From an uncultured cyanobacterium (GTDB taxonomy: Bacteria; Cyanobacteriota; Cyanobacteriia; Pseudanabaenales; Pseudanabaenaceae), in assembly GCA_963703315.1 (NCBI GenBank), contig OY969811.1:576001-640000 (forward strand): a DNA stretch of 64,000 bases, read 5' to 3'. The notes beneath the pieces are model-generated. The model worked only from the letters and a program-made list of their open reading frames with translations, did no database searches and was not told the DNA's origin. The stretch's first letter is position 1. Each line of letters opens with the position of its first letter. Positions 19,898 to 29,933 of this stretch are shown piece after piece. Both the position numbers and the translations under genes were made by a program.

Positions 19898-20605
19898 TTA
19901 TGCAGAAATATTTTGATTTTGTGTGTCTGGATTATTAATCTTTTCTAATTTATCTAAAAATTCTTCTCCTAATTTTGTAATTTCACAACATTGAGTCAAA
20001 TCAATAAAATCATTTTCTCCTTTAGCATAATTAGAGGTTTTCTCCAATTCTCCAACACTTTTGTAAGGGAGTTTAATCTTGATTAAATTAAGGTTTCTTA
20101 ATCGTCTCAATTCTACTGCGGCAAGTTGCGTAACATAGAACTTAAATTCGGTTTTATTTTCACTATGTTGTTTAAGTTCTTTTAGCTTGTCAGCTTCCTG
20201 AAAAGTCAGAAGAAAACGATACATAAACTGTTGAAGTTTATCTATTTCGTCAATTTGCTTTTGTTGAAGTCTATTAATTTCTTCTTCGTTTTGAGCTACT
20301 TTGCTTTCTAAAACTCTAAATTTAGCTTTGAATCCTTGAGGTGACAAATCCAGACTTTCAAATATCTTTGATGCTTGTGGTTGAAACAGAAAAACAATTA
20401 CAATTAATGTGATATCAGAAAATGTAAAGTCGGGAGATTTAATGCTGTCAATATAAGTTTTTTCTTTGTTACTTAGATGTAAGTTAACATTTATTCCTGT
20501 TTGAACTATGGGGAAAACTATAAATTTAACAGCCAAATAGCTTAATATGAACAAAGAACTAATCTTTGAAAAACTTGAAATTTCTTTTGGAGTCTTTTGA
20601 TGCAT
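19898..20605 (-). CDS. Hypothetical membrane protein with a coiled coil and a possible C-terminal winged helix
   Basis: 235-aa AT-rich ORF; two hydrophobic segments, a coiled coil, then ELRRLRNLNLIKI...ITKLGEEFL. Confidence 0.6.
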   Translation of the reverse strand: MHQKTPKEISSFSKISSLFILSYLAVKFIVFPIVQTGINVNLHLSNKEKTYIDSIKSPDFTFSDITLIVIVFLFQPQASKIFESLDLSPQGFKAKFRVLESKVAQNEEEINRLQQKQIDEIDKLQQFMYRFLLTFQEADKLKELKQHSENKTEFKFYVTQLAAVELRRLRNLNLIKIKLPYKSVGELEKTSNYAKGENDFIDLTQCCEITKLGEEFLDKLEKINNPDTQNQNISA

Positions 20606-20862
20606 TGATTATTAGCTCTTCAGTGTCTTCTTTTCCCTGCTTTTGTTATGTGAATCGAGGATTTGATGTTCAATCATCTATTTTGGATTGTATGACATCT
20701 CTATTAATACTACTAGAAGTAATAAAAATTAGTGATTTCATCGCTAACTATTCCCTCAAATGATGATTAATATAGATGCCTTACAGTCTTTATTGTCAAG
20801 GAAAAATTATAAGTTATCGTTAAAACTATTTTCAGGAAACCTCTTCCTGACTTGATAGATCC

Positions 20863-22299
20863 TTAACCAACACTATTTTCTAACTTCAAAGCCAAAAGCT
20901 TGTCCGCCTCAACTGCAAACTCCATCGGCAAAGCGTTAAATACTTCCTTACAGAAGCCGCTAATGATCATGGAGACAGCATCTTCTACCGCGATACCGCG
21001 TTGTTGAAAATAGAAGAGTTGCTCTTCGCCAATCTTAGAAGTAGAGGCTTCATGCTCAACTCTAGCGGTATTATTTTGAACTTGGATATAGGGGAAAGTA
21101 TTCGCCTGTGAGCAATCACCGATTAGCATCGAGTCACATTGAGAATAATTTCTCGCGCCTTCAGCTTTCGGTGAAATCTTCACTAATCCGCGATAGCTAT
21201 TTTGAGAGCCACCTGCGGAAATACCTTTGGAAACGATTTTACTGCGGGTATTTTTGCCGATATGCACCATTTTGGAGCCTGTATCAGCTTGCTGCTTATT
21301 GTTAGTCAGTGCAACTGAATAAAACTCACCAACGGAATTTTCGCCAACTAATACACAGCTAGGATATTTCCATGTAATTGCTGAACCTGTTTCTACTTGT
21401 GTCCAAGAGATTTTCGAGTTTTTGCCTTGGCATAAACCGCGCTTGGTTACAAAGTTATAAATTCCGCCTTTGCCATTTTTATCGCCAGCGTACCAGTTCT
21501 GCACGGTGGAATATTTGACTTCCGCATCATCGAGGGCGACTATTTCCACTACAGCAGCGTGCAGTTGATTGGTATCAAACATCGGTGCAGTACAGCCTTC
21601 GAGATAGCTCACGTAGCTACCTTCTTCAGCAACGATCAGGGTACGCTCAAACTGTCCAGAATCGCCGTTATTAATACGGAAATAGGTGGACAAGTCCATT
21701 GGACATTTCACACCTTTAGGGATGTAAACGAAGGAACCATCGCTAAATACGGCGGCGTTGAGTGCCGAGAAATAGTTATCGGCGATCGGGACGACACTGG
21801 CTAAATATTTTTTGATTAGTTCGGGATATTCATGCATCGCTTCCGAGATCGAGCAGAAGATTACGCCAACTTTGGCTAAATCTTTTTTAAATGTGGTGGC
21901 GACGGAAACGCTGTCAAAAATCGCATCTACAGCGACATTAGCGAGACGTTTTTGTTCATTAAGGGAAATACCTAGTTTCTCGAAGGTGTCCAGCAATTCG
22001 GGATCGACTTCATCAAGGCTTGCCTTTTTCTTAGACTGCTTGGGTGCGGAATAGTAAACGATATCTTGATAATTAATCGCAGGATAATCAACGTGCGCCC
22101 AAGTCGGTTCTTGCATCTTTAACCATTGGCGATACGCTTTGAGGCGAAATTCCAGCATATATTCTGGCTCATTTTTCTTAGCCGAAATCATGCGAACGAC
22201 ATCTTCGCTAAGCCCGCGAGGAATCGTGTCCGACTCAATAGACGTAACAAATCCGTATTTATATGGTTGGTTGACAAGTGCTTGAACCGTTGCAGTCAT
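20863..22299 (-). CDS. sufB: Fe-S cluster assembly protein SufB
   Basis: [70 protein letters not shown]. Confidence 0.98.
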   Translation of the reverse strand: MTATVQALVNQPYKYGFVTSIESDTIPRGLSEDVVRMISAKKNEPEYMLEFRLKAYRQWLKMQEPTWAHVDYPAINYQDIVYYSAPKQSKKKASLDEVDPELLDTFEKLGISLNEQKRLANVAVDAIFDSVSVATTFKKDLAKVGVIFCSISEAMHEYPELIKKYLASVVPIADNYFSALNAAVFSDGSFVYIPKGVKCPMDLSTYFRINNGDSGQFERTLIVAEEGSYVSYLEGCTAPMFDTNQLHAAVVEIVALDDAEVKYSTVQNWYAGDKNGKGGIYNFVTKRGLCQGKNSKISWTQVETGSAITWKYPSCVLVGENSVGEFYSVALTNNKQQADTGSKMVHIGKNTRSKIVSKGISAGGSQNSYRGLVKISPKAEGARNYSQCDSMLIGDCSQANTFPYIQVQNNTARVEHEASTSKIGEEQLFYFQQRGIAVEDAVSMIISGFCKEVFNALPMEFAVEADKLLALKLENSVG

Positions 22300-22366
22300 G
22301 TCAGTTGATGCTCCTGATGGTTTATGTGTAAAGGTATTGCTTCGCGATACTTTTACTGGAATAAAA

Positions 22367-22419
22367 CAACTTACTTGTTTCTTTACTAATTGTAGGTTAC
22401 ATTAACAACATACAAGTTG
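22367..22419. promoter_or_regulatory. Two SufR operator sites (CAAC-N6-GTTG type)
   Basis: Perfect CAAC-ATACAA-GTTG at 22406-22419 and imperfect CAAC-TTACTT-GTTT at 22367-22380, in the divergent sufB-sufR intergenic region. Confidence 0.8.
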
Positions 22420-22474
22420 TCAAAGTCATTTTTCTCGGCTTGAGCAAAGTCTACTGCCATCAGGAGCTGATTCC

Positions 22475-23188
22475 ATGAAAACTCCCATCGGCGTTACTGA
22501 GATGATTACGCCAGACTTAAAGCTAGATATTAAAGTCGATGCGAAGCATGAATCTAAGCATGACACTAAGCAAGATATTTTGCAGCATTTGCTAAAGCGT
22601 GGCGAAGTGACCGCCCAAGATTTGGCAGAAAGACTGGATATTAGTCCCCAAGCGATTCGTAAGCATTTAAAGGATTTGGAGACTGAGGGGCTAATCTATC
22701 ACACTGCCGAGCAGGTGGGCATGGGTCGTCCGCAATTTATTTATGCTTTGACAGTGGCGGGACGCGATCGCTTTCCTGATAGCTACAACCAGTTTGCCGT
22801 AAATTTCTTAGATACGCTGATTGATACCTTAGGCAAAGAGCAAGTATCTGAGGTGTTGCAAAAGCAATGGCAACGCAAGGCACAAAACTATAAGTCGCAA
22901 TTGGGAGGGATTTCGCTAAAACAAAGACTAGAAAAATTAGCTGAAATTCGCCGTTCCGAAGGATATGTAACGGAGTGGTTTCCTGTAGAAGGTAAAACTC
23001 AAAGTTTTATTTTTACAGAATATAACTGTGCGATCGCCCATGTTGCAGAGTCTTTCCCCAGTGTATGTGGACATGAATTAGAGATGTTTGCTACTGTTCT
23101 CGATTGCTCTGTAAAGCGTACGCATTGGATGGTTGATGGCGAACATCGTTGTGGATATTTAATTCAGGAGCAAGATCTTAGTGGTTAG
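22475..23188 (+). CDS. sufR: Fe-S cluster biosynthesis regulator SufR
   Basis: HTH ISPQAIRKHLKDLE, GMGRPQ, C-terminal cysteines YNCAI..PSVCGHELEMF..GEHRCGY; divergent from sufB. Confidence 0.95.
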   Translation: MKTPIGVTEMITPDLKLDIKVDAKHESKHDTKQDILQHLLKRGEVTAQDLAERLDISPQAIRKHLKDLETEGLIYHTAEQVGMGRPQFIYALTVAGRDRFPDSYNQFAVNFLDTLIDTLGKEQVSEVLQKQWQRKAQNYKSQLGGISLKQRLEKLAEIRRSEGYVTEWFPVEGKTQSFIFTEYNCAIAHVAESFPSVCGHELEMFATVLDCSVKRTHWMVDGEHRCGYLIQEQDLSG

Positions 23189-23254
23189 CTATTAGCTGTT
23201 AGCTTCACAAATAGAGATGATTTCGATTAGCATAGGTATTAGTAGTTATAGTTT

Positions 23255-23289
23255 TTAGGGAATGTGATGCAAAGCGTCACATTCCCTAA
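23255..23289. repeat. Palindromic hairpin
   Basis: TTAGGGAATGTGATGC-AAA-GCGTCACATTCCCTAA. Confidence 0.8.
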
Positions 23290-23322
23290 TCCTAGTAGTT
23301 TTGATCTAAATCAAGGAAAAAT

Positions 23323-23559
23323 ATGAGTTTAACTTTAACCAGAGATAATGTTGAGAATGTTCTTGATGAATTGCGTCCTTATCTAATGTCAGATGGTGGC
23401 AATGTGGAACTTGTCGAAATCGAAGGTCCAATTGTGAGATTACGATTGCAAGGTGCTTGTGGATCTTGTCCTAGTTCGGCGATGACGTTGAGAATGGGAA
23501 TTGAGCGCAAATTAAAGGAAGAAATTCCTGAAATTGACGAAATCGAGCAGGTCTATTAA
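23323..23559 (+). CDS. nfuA: NifU-like (Nfu) Fe-S carrier protein
   Basis: [15 protein letters not shown] and [11 protein letters not shown] (CxxC). Confidence 0.93.
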   Translation: MSLTLTRDNVENVLDELRPYLMSDGGNVELVEIEGPIVRLRLQGACGSCPSSAMTLRMGIERKLKEEIPEIDEIEQVY

Positions 23560-23588
23560 CAAAAAGACTAAAGGTCGTTTGATTTAAC

Positions 23589-23643
23589 CAAGAACCGATT
23601 TTTATTGGTGCGGCTTCGCCGCACCAATAAAAATCGGTTCTTG
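23589..23643. repeat. Perfect palindrome with 26-bp arms, family C
   Basis: CAAGAACCGATTTTTATTGGTGCGGC-TTC-GCCGCACCAATAAAAATCGGTTCTTG. Confidence 0.9.
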
Positions 23644-23767
23644 ATCTTAAAATATTTGAAGAAGTATTGCGATCGCGCTCAAAAGCAGTATTCCTTCGCG
23701 GTACTTCGCAATACTTGGCAGTATAATAGCGATCGCTATCTCCTACCTTGTAAGTATAAATACTCTC

Positions 23768-24730
23768 TTGATTTCCCTTGAATCTGTCACCGCAATTTAT
23801 CATCAGCCTTTGCTGTCTCTAATATTTGAGGCACAGTCCATCCATCGTCAGCATCACCAGAATGATACGGTGCAGATGTGTACACTCTCTAATATCAAGT
23901 CGGGGCGTTGTCCTGAAGATTGTAAATATTGTCCTCAAAGTGCGCGTTATCCTACGGGAGTAGAGACTTATCCTCTATTGCCACTAGAGGAAGTAATCAG
24001 TCAAGCAAATGACGCTAAGCAGCATGGGGCGACTCGGTTCTGTATGGGGGCGGCATGGCGCAATGCTCCTGACGGAGAAGAGTTTGAGAGGGTGTTGCAA
24101 ATGGTGGAAGCCGTAGCAGGAATGGGAATGGAAGCCTGTGTAACAATGGGAATGTTGCGTCCAGAGCAAGCCCAACGTTTAGCCAAAGCGGGTTTAACTG
24201 CCTATAACCATAACCTCGATACTTCCGAAAGTTTCTATCCTGAAATTATTACGACTCGTACCTATCGCGATCGCCTTGAGACAATTCAGTATGTTGCTGA
24301 AGCAGGGATTCAAGTCTGTTGTGGTGGTATCGTTGGCATGGGGGAAACTGACAGCGATCGCATTGATCTTTTGCATACTCTGGCAAATCTTCATCCTCAA
24401 CCAGAATCGGTTCCAATTAATGCTCTTTCTCCTGTTGAGGGAACTCCATTTGGAGATGTCCCAGTGATCGATCCTTTGGTTTTAGTACGAATGGTAGCTA
24501 CGGCGAGGATTCTGATGCCAAAGGCAGTTGTGAGACTTTCCGCAGGACGCGATCGCCTCAGTGTTTCCGATCAGGCTTTATGCTTTCTTGCAGGAGCAAA
24601 TTCAATATTTTCCAGTGAGAAGTTATTGACTACGGCTAATCCCGATTGGCAAGACGATGCAGAAATGTTCCAAAAACTAGGTGTTAAACCCAAAGAATTA
24701 GCTTTAGATAATGAGCTTGCAGTGAAATAA
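23768..24730 (+). CDS. bioB: Biotin synthase (radical SAM)
   Basis: CPEDCKYCPQS, RFCMGAAWR, YNHNLDTS, CCGGIVGMGE, PESVPINAL, VRLSAGR, GANSIF. Confidence 0.96.
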   Translation: MISLESVTAIYHQPLLSLIFEAQSIHRQHHQNDTVQMCTLSNIKSGRCPEDCKYCPQSARYPTGVETYPLLPLEEVISQANDAKQHGATRFCMGAAWRNAPDGEEFERVLQMVEAVAGMGMEACVTMGMLRPEQAQRLAKAGLTAYNHNLDTSESFYPEIITTRTYRDRLETIQYVAEAGIQVCCGGIVGMGETDSDRIDLLHTLANLHPQPESVPINALSPVEGTPFGDVPVIDPLVLVRMVATARILMPKAVVRLSAGRDRLSVSDQALCFLAGANSIFSSEKLLTTANPDWQDDAEMFQKLGVKPKELALDNELAVK

Positions 24731-24784
24731 GGAATCAGAATTTTGTGGCGCGGCGAAGCCGCGCCACAAAATTCTGATTCCTTA
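24728..24784. repeat. Perfect palindrome with 27-bp arms starting at the bioB stop codon
   Basis: TAAGGAATCAGAATTTTGTGGCGCGGC-GAA-GCCGCGCCACAAAATTCTGATTCCTTA. Confidence 0.9.
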
Positions 24785-24827
24785 CCAGCAGGTTATACTG
24801 AAAATATTCAGCAGCAAAGGTAAAGCG

Positions 24828-25415
24828 ATGATCCAAACTTTAGCTAAGGCAGAAAATCAATATTTGGTTAAATGGGCGGTCACTTGGGAGCAGTTTAAAA
24901 CTTTGCAATCCGCCTTTGATGAGATTGGTGGGGTGCGGCTTAGTTATTGCGAAGGAATAGTGGAAATTATGGGCATTGGGTTACAGCATGAAAAGATTTG
25001 TGTTTTGTTAACTTTATTGCTTGGACAATATTTTTTGATAAATCGTATCCGCTTCATCGCCACAGGTGCTTATACCCAAAAAATTGAACCTAATGTTGAA
25101 TATCAGGCTGACTTATCCTATTGCTTTGATACGGAGAAAGAGGTATCTGATCTCTGTATTGAAGTGGTGATTACTAGCGGCAATGTGAAGAAGTTGCGGA
25201 AGTATCAGTTGCGCGGTGTCCCTGAAGTTTGGTTTTGGGAAGATGGCAAAATTAGTATTTATCGCTTAGAGAATAATGAGTATATAGAAGTTGAAACCAG
25301 TATCTGTTTGCCTGAGTTAGATATTGCTCATTTAGAACAATGCTTATTAATGGATTCACAGTTGGATGCAATGACCGCTTTTGAAGAAAAATATGCTAGT
25401 AAGTTCACCTCTTAA
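24828..25415 (+). CDS. Uma2-family (DUF820) putative endonuclease
   Basis: VTWEQF, RLSYCEGIVEIM, QADLSY, DLCIEVVITS, YQLRGVPEVWFW. Confidence 0.88.
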   Translation: MIQTLAKAENQYLVKWAVTWEQFKTLQSAFDEIGGVRLSYCEGIVEIMGIGLQHEKICVLLTLLLGQYFLINRIRFIATGAYTQKIEPNVEYQADLSYCFDTEKEVSDLCIEVVITSGNVKKLRKYQLRGVPEVWFWEDGKISIYRLENNEYIEVETSICLPELDIAHLEQCLLMDSQLDAMTAFEEKYASKFTS

Positions 25416-25428
25416 TGTCCTACCTTAT

Positions 25429-25534
25429 ACAAAACCCCAGAAAGAGAGTGGCGGCGCTCCGCGCCGCCACTCTCTTTCTGGGGTTTTGTCCTAAGCAAAA
25501 CTTTTAAAGAAGAGTTGCACCGCAACTCTTCTTT
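25429..25534. repeat. Family D palindrome (29-bp arms) plus a shorter related hairpin, between convergent genes
   Basis: ACAAAACCCCAGAAAGAGAGTGGCGGCGC-TCC-GCGCCGCCACTCTCTTTCTGGGGTTTTGT (25429-25489) and AAAGAAGAGTTGC-ACC-GCAACTCTTCTTT (25506-25534). Confidence 0.9.
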
Positions 25535-25542
25535 TGGCATTA

Positions 25543-27750
25543 CTATGCAAACTCAGGTCTACCCTGCGACATAAAGTGTTTTTGAGAACTCATCTCAGGC
25601 TCACCCTCCTTCGGAGTTCTTTGCGTATATGTACCATCAGACTTAAGATCCCACGCTTGGCGATTGTCTGCGAGGACAATTTCTAAAATCTGTTTGAGTT
25701 CCTTGACTAGAGATGCATCTTCGATGGGAGTAATCACTTCTACACGGGCATCAAGATTGCGAGGCATCCAGTCAGCACTGCCGATATATACCTCCTCTTG
25801 TCCGCCATTACTAAAGTAAAAGATGCGCGAATGTTCTAAAAAGCGACCAATCACACTAATGACCCGAATGCGATCGCTTAAGCCTTTGACCTTAGGACGC
25901 AGACAGCACATCCCGCGAATAATCAGGTCAATATTCACACCTTCTTGCGAAGCCTCATAAAGAGCCGAGATAATTTCAGGATCAACTAGTGAATTCATCT
26001 TCGCAATGATATAAGAGGGATAGCCTTGCTTTTGATGTTCGATTTCCCGTTCAATCAACTTCAAAAACTTCTCACGCATATTTACAGGCGCAACTAGCAG
26101 CTTGCGATATTCGCGTTGACGAGAATATCCAGTCAAATAGTTGAACAAATCTGTCAAATCTGCACCCAAATCATTACTACTGCTAAATATGCCGAGATCA
26201 CTATAAAATCTGGCGGTTTTGGGATTGTAGTTACCAGTACCGATATGCACATACCGTACTAAGCGATCGCCTTCTTGACGGACTACCAATGCTGTTTTTG
26301 TATGGGTCTTAAGGTTCTTCAATCCATAAACTACGTGTACACCAGCATTCTCTAATTTCTTTGCCCAGAGAATATTATTTGCTTCATCAAACCTTGCCTT
26401 TAGTTCCACCAGCACAGCTACCTGCTTACCATTTTCGGCGGCGCGAATCAGTGCATGGACAATCGGTGAGTCTCCAGAGGTGCGGTATAGAGTTTGCTTG
26501 ATCGCCAGCACATTAGGATCAAGTGCTGCTTCTTCGATAAATCGCTGGACTGTCGTTGTAAAAGATTGATAGGGATGATGTACGAGAAAGTCACCTTCAC
26601 TAATAATATCAAAGATGTTTTTTTCATCATCTGTTGCCTTGAGTCTGGGATGGGTCACTGATTTCCAAGGTTGATCTTGATGCTCAGGAATGGGCAAAAA
26701 AGCGATCGCCATCAGATCGCCTAAGCCAATCAGCCCCGGAATATCATAGACATCGGCTTCGGTGATACTCAACTGCTCAATTAACTTTTTGCGAATCTCC
26801 TTCGGTACATTGTTAGCAATTTCCATCCGAACGACCGAGCCGAATTTCTGCTTGCGTAACTCTTCTTGCAACGCGGAGATTAAATCATCGGCTTCCTCTT
26901 CTTCGATATCTAGTTCTGCATCACGGGTAATCCGAAATGGATAATAATTGAGAATCTCCATACCTGGAAATAAGGCTTCGAGATTATGGGCGATTACTTG
27001 TTCTAAAGGTACAAAGGTATGCCCTTTAGTCTCAGGGATTTTGACAAAACGCGGTAAAACATTCGGAACTTTAACCCGCGCAAAATTTTCTTCGCCTGTT
27101 TCGCGATCGCGCACAATTACAACTAAACTCAAACTGAGATTAGAGATGTAGGGAAATGGATGGGCAGGATCGACGGCGAGGGGCGTAAGTACGGGAAATA
27201 ATTTGTCTTGAAAATAGGTCTTAAGATAATGCTGATGCTTCTTATCAATGTCTTTATAATCGAGTAACTTCACTCCATGCTTATGCAATTCTGGACGGAG
27301 TGTATTCTCAAAGAACTCATGTTGCATCGTCACTAATGGCAAAAGCGCTTTGCGAATCACTTTTAATTGTTTATCTGGATTCAGACCATCATCGGTGATG
27401 ATATCCATCTGCTCAGCAAACTTTTTCTTGACGCGAGCCACTCTCACCATAAAGAACTCATCAAGGTTTGTACTAAAAATCGCAAAAAACTTAGCACGTT
27501 CTAGTAGTGATGTGCGCGAGTCAATTCCTTCACTCAAGACCCTCTTATTAAAGGCAATCCAACTTAATTCGCGATTGAAAAAATACAGTGATCGGTCAAC
27601 GGAGCTTTCTAATTTGGGATCGGTTTGGGCGATCGCCAATGCATCTTGGCTCAACTGCGGCTCCATAGAAGAAATATCTAATGGTGCGACTGGTGTCTCT
27701 ACAATATTTTCTGAATTTTTCGTGGTTAAATCTTTTTTAGTTCTAGTCAT
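25543..27750 (-). CDS. ppk1: Polyphosphate kinase 1
   Basis: FNRELSWIAFN, NLDEFFMVRVA, DPAHPFPYISN, HHPYQSF, IKQTLYRTS, VELKARFDEANN, GRFLEHSR. Confidence 0.97.
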   Translation of the reverse strand: MTRTKKDLTTKNSENIVETPVAPLDISSMEPQLSQDALAIAQTDPKLESSVDRSLYFFNRELSWIAFNKRVLSEGIDSRTSLLERAKFFAIFSTNLDEFFMVRVARVKKKFAEQMDIITDDGLNPDKQLKVIRKALLPLVTMQHEFFENTLRPELHKHGVKLLDYKDIDKKHQHYLKTYFQDKLFPVLTPLAVDPAHPFPYISNLSLSLVVIVRDRETGEENFARVKVPNVLPRFVKIPETKGHTFVPLEQVIAHNLEALFPGMEILNYYPFRITRDAELDIEEEEADDLISALQEELRKQKFGSVVRMEIANNVPKEIRKKLIEQLSITEADVYDIPGLIGLGDLMAIAFLPIPEHQDQPWKSVTHPRLKATDDEKNIFDIISEGDFLVHHPYQSFTTTVQRFIEEAALDPNVLAIKQTLYRTSGDSPIVHALIRAAENGKQVAVLVELKARFDEANNILWAKKLENAGVHVVYGLKNLKTHTKTALVVRQEGDRLVRYVHIGTGNYNPKTARFYSDLGIFSSSNDLGADLTDLFNYLTGYSRQREYRKLLVAPVNMREKFLKLIEREIEHQKQGYPSYIIAKMNSLVDPEIISALYEASQEGVNIDLIIRGMCCLRPKVKGLSDRIRVISVIGRFLEHSRIFYFSNGGQEEVYIGSADWMPRNLDARVEVITPIEDASLVKELKQILEIVLADNRQAWDLKSDGTYTQRTPKEGEPEMSSQKHFMSQGRPEFA

Positions 27751-27832
27751 AGCCGCAAATTTGAGATCCTGATCACCAGATTACAGAAATATAGTTTATT
27801 CCTGTGTGAGCTTAAACACGATCGCTTCCAAA

Positions 27833-27867
27833 CAAAAGATGGCGGCGTTTAGTACCGCCATCTTTTG
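27833..27867. repeat. Imperfect palindrome, possible terminator of the glutathione peroxidase gene
   Basis: CAAAAGATGGCGG...CCGCCATCTTTTG. Confidence 0.7.
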
Positions 27868-27886
27868 CTAGCGAGTATCGCGATCG

Positions 27887-28357
27887 CTATAGCAAAGCAT
27901 CAATATCTTTGCGTAGACCCGCATCTTCAGGGCTGACGCTAGATGCATAATATTTCACGACTTTACCTTCCTTATCGACAAGAAACTTATTAAAGTTCCA
28001 TTGCACTTGATTGCCTGTGGTGTCAGTGAGATATTTGTAAATATCAACCATTTCACTACCTTTGACCTTGACCTTGCTGAATAGATCAAAGGTAACGTCA
28101 TAGGTGAGTGAGCAGAAGCTTTTGATTTCTGCTTCAGTACCAGGTTCTTGTGCGCCAAAATCATTGCTAGGAAAACCGAGAATCTCAAAGCCCTTGTCTT
28201 TGTACTCACGATAGAGAGCTTCTAGACCCGCATATTGCTTGGTATAGCCACATTTAGAAGCAAGGTTGACAACTAGGGCAACTTTGCCTTTGTACTGAGC
28301 GAGATCAACTGGCTGACCATCGATATTAGTGATCTTGAAATCGTAAAGTGTGGACAT
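27887..28357 (-). CDS. gpx: Glutathione peroxidase-like protein
   Basis: VVNLASKCGYTKQY, LGFPSNDFGAQEPG, WNFNKFLVD. Confidence 0.93.
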   Translation of the reverse strand: MSTLYDFKITNIDGQPVDLAQYKGKVALVVNLASKCGYTKQYAGLEALYREYKDKGFEILGFPSNDFGAQEPGTEAEIKSFCSLTYDVTFDLFSKVKVKGSEMVDIYKYLTDTTGNQVQWNFNKFLVDKEGKVVKYYASSVSPEDAGLRKDIDALL

Positions 28358-28427
28358 ATTTTAGGTTTACTCTAGTTTTTTTGAGGTTTGGTCTAGGTTG
28401 TTTTGATGGGGTTGCTATAGTTAATTA

Positions 28428-28468
28428 AAGAACCCGATTTTTTGTGGCGTGGCTTTGCCGTGCCACAA
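28428..28468. repeat. Truncated family C palindrome
   Basis: AAGAACCCGATTTTTTGTGGCGTGGC-TTT-GCCGTGCCACAA; the left arm matches 23589 and 56500. Confidence 0.7.
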
Positions 28469-28514
28469 GACTAAGACTGATTTAGCAATTATCTGAGGTT
28501 GTGCAGCAACTTAA

Positions 28515-29036
28515 ATGGCAAGTGTAATTATCCTGATTGGTGTACCTGCAAGTGGCAAATCAACCCTTGCGGAGCAGATGTTACGAGCTTCTACACAAAA
28601 TGTTGGCTCACAGCATGGGTTAACCTATGGGCAAACCCAGTTAATCAGTCCCGATCGCATTCGTGAATCGCTATACGGATCAGCCGCCACGCAAGGAGAT
28701 TGGGCAGAAATCTGGGTGCAATTACAACAGGAATTTGCAAATGCATCTAAATCGCAACAATCTGTAATATATGATGCCACAAACTATAAGCGCGAACATC
28801 GTAAAAATATTATTACCCTTGCAAGAGAGTATGGTTTTAGACCAATTACAGGGATTTGGCTAAATGTCCCCCTCTGGATCTGTTTATCGAGGAACGATCA
28901 TCGCGATCGCATTGTTCCTGAAGATACTGTTGTCGATATGTATCGTCAGCTTTCTTATACGCCACCAAGCCTAAGTGAAGGGTTTGATCGCATCCTGTTT
29001 CGCGATGAAAAGGCAGAAAATGAATGGATTGATTAA
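28515..29036 (+). CDS. P-loop kinase (AAA_33 / polynucleotide-kinase-like)
   Basis: LIGVPASGKST, ISPDRIRE, VIYDATN, CLSRNDHRDRIVPE, PPSLSEGFD. Confidence 0.85.
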   Translation: MASVIILIGVPASGKSTLAEQMLRASTQNVGSQHGLTYGQTQLISPDRIRESLYGSAATQGDWAEIWVQLQQEFANASKSQQSVIYDATNYKREHRKNIITLAREYGFRPITGIWLNVPLWICLSRNDHRDRIVPEDTVVDMYRQLSYTPPSLSEGFDRILFRDEKAENEWID

Positions 29037-29105
29037 AAATTTGTGGCGTGCGCTACAGGTTCTTATATGCTGAAAATTTTAGAAAAGTTCTTATTACGAT
29101 TTCCT

Positions 29106-29933
29106 ATGTTAAATGCCACCTTAGCCGACAAACTTCATCGCCTCCGTCAAATTTTTAGTGAATCAACCAAAATCCTCATAGCCTACTCAGGTGGTATAGA
29201 TAGCACCCTCGTTGCTAAGGTTGCCTTTGATGTTTTAGGCGATCGCGCCTTAGCCATTACCGCTAACTCACCGTCATTACTCCCTGCTGATCTGGCGGCG
29301 GCTCAAGTTCAAGCCGAATTTATTGGGATCAAACATCAAATCGTCCAAACCGATGAGATGAATAACCCCAATTACACCTCAAATCCGATTAATCGCTGCT
29401 ATTTCTGCAAAAGTGAACTGCACGATACCTTGAAGCCTTTAGCAAAAAGTATGGGCTATGAATACGTTGTCGATGGTTTAAATGCCGACGATTTGCAAGA
29501 CTATCGCCCCGGCATTCAAGCAGCTAAAGAACGAGGGGTGCGATCGCCCCTCGCGGAAGTGAGTATTAGCAAAATCGAAGTACGGATGTTATCGCAATAC
29601 TTAGGAATGCCTTGGTGGGACAAACCCTCACAACCCTGCCTAAGTTCTCGATTTCCTTATGGTGAAGAGATTACAGTGGAGAAATTGCGGCGAGTGGGCA
29701 ATGCCGAACAATATCTTCGCGATCGCGGTTGGAAAGGTGACATTAGAGTGCGCTCAATTGGGGATACTGCCAAAATCGAAGTGCCAAGCGATCGCCTCAA
29801 TGAGTTTATGGCTATGATCGCGACTTCCGAAATTACCAATGCTTTTCGTGAGTATGGTTTCACCTCAATTACTCTAGACCTAGAGGGCTTTCGGAGTGGC
29901 AAGTTAAATGATGCGATCTCCCGATCAGCATAA
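29106..29933 (+). CDS. larE: LarE-family ATP-dependent sulfur transferase (PP-loop); start taken as the ATG at 29106
   Basis: IAYSGGIDS, NRCYFCK, DGLNADDLQDYRPG, WDKPSQPCLSSRFPYG, DLEGFRSGKLN. Confidence 0.88.
   Translation: MLNATLADKLHRLRQIFSESTKILIAYSGGIDSTLVAKVAFDVLGDRALAITANSPSLLPADLAAAQVQAEFIGIKHQIVQTDEMNNPNYTSNPINRCYFCKSELHDTLKPLAKSMGYEYVVDGLNADDLQDYRPGIQAAKERGVRSPLAEVSISKIEVRMLSQYLGMPWWDKPSQPCLSSRFPYGEEITVEKLRRVGNAEQYLRDRGWKGDIRVRSIGDTAKIEVPSDRLNEFMAMIATSEITNAFREYGFTSITLDLEGFRSGKLNDAISRSA

Noticed and set aside
24828..25415. Uma2 genes as a defence system
   Set aside because: This family is highly expanded and scattered in cyanobacteria; no partner genes here.
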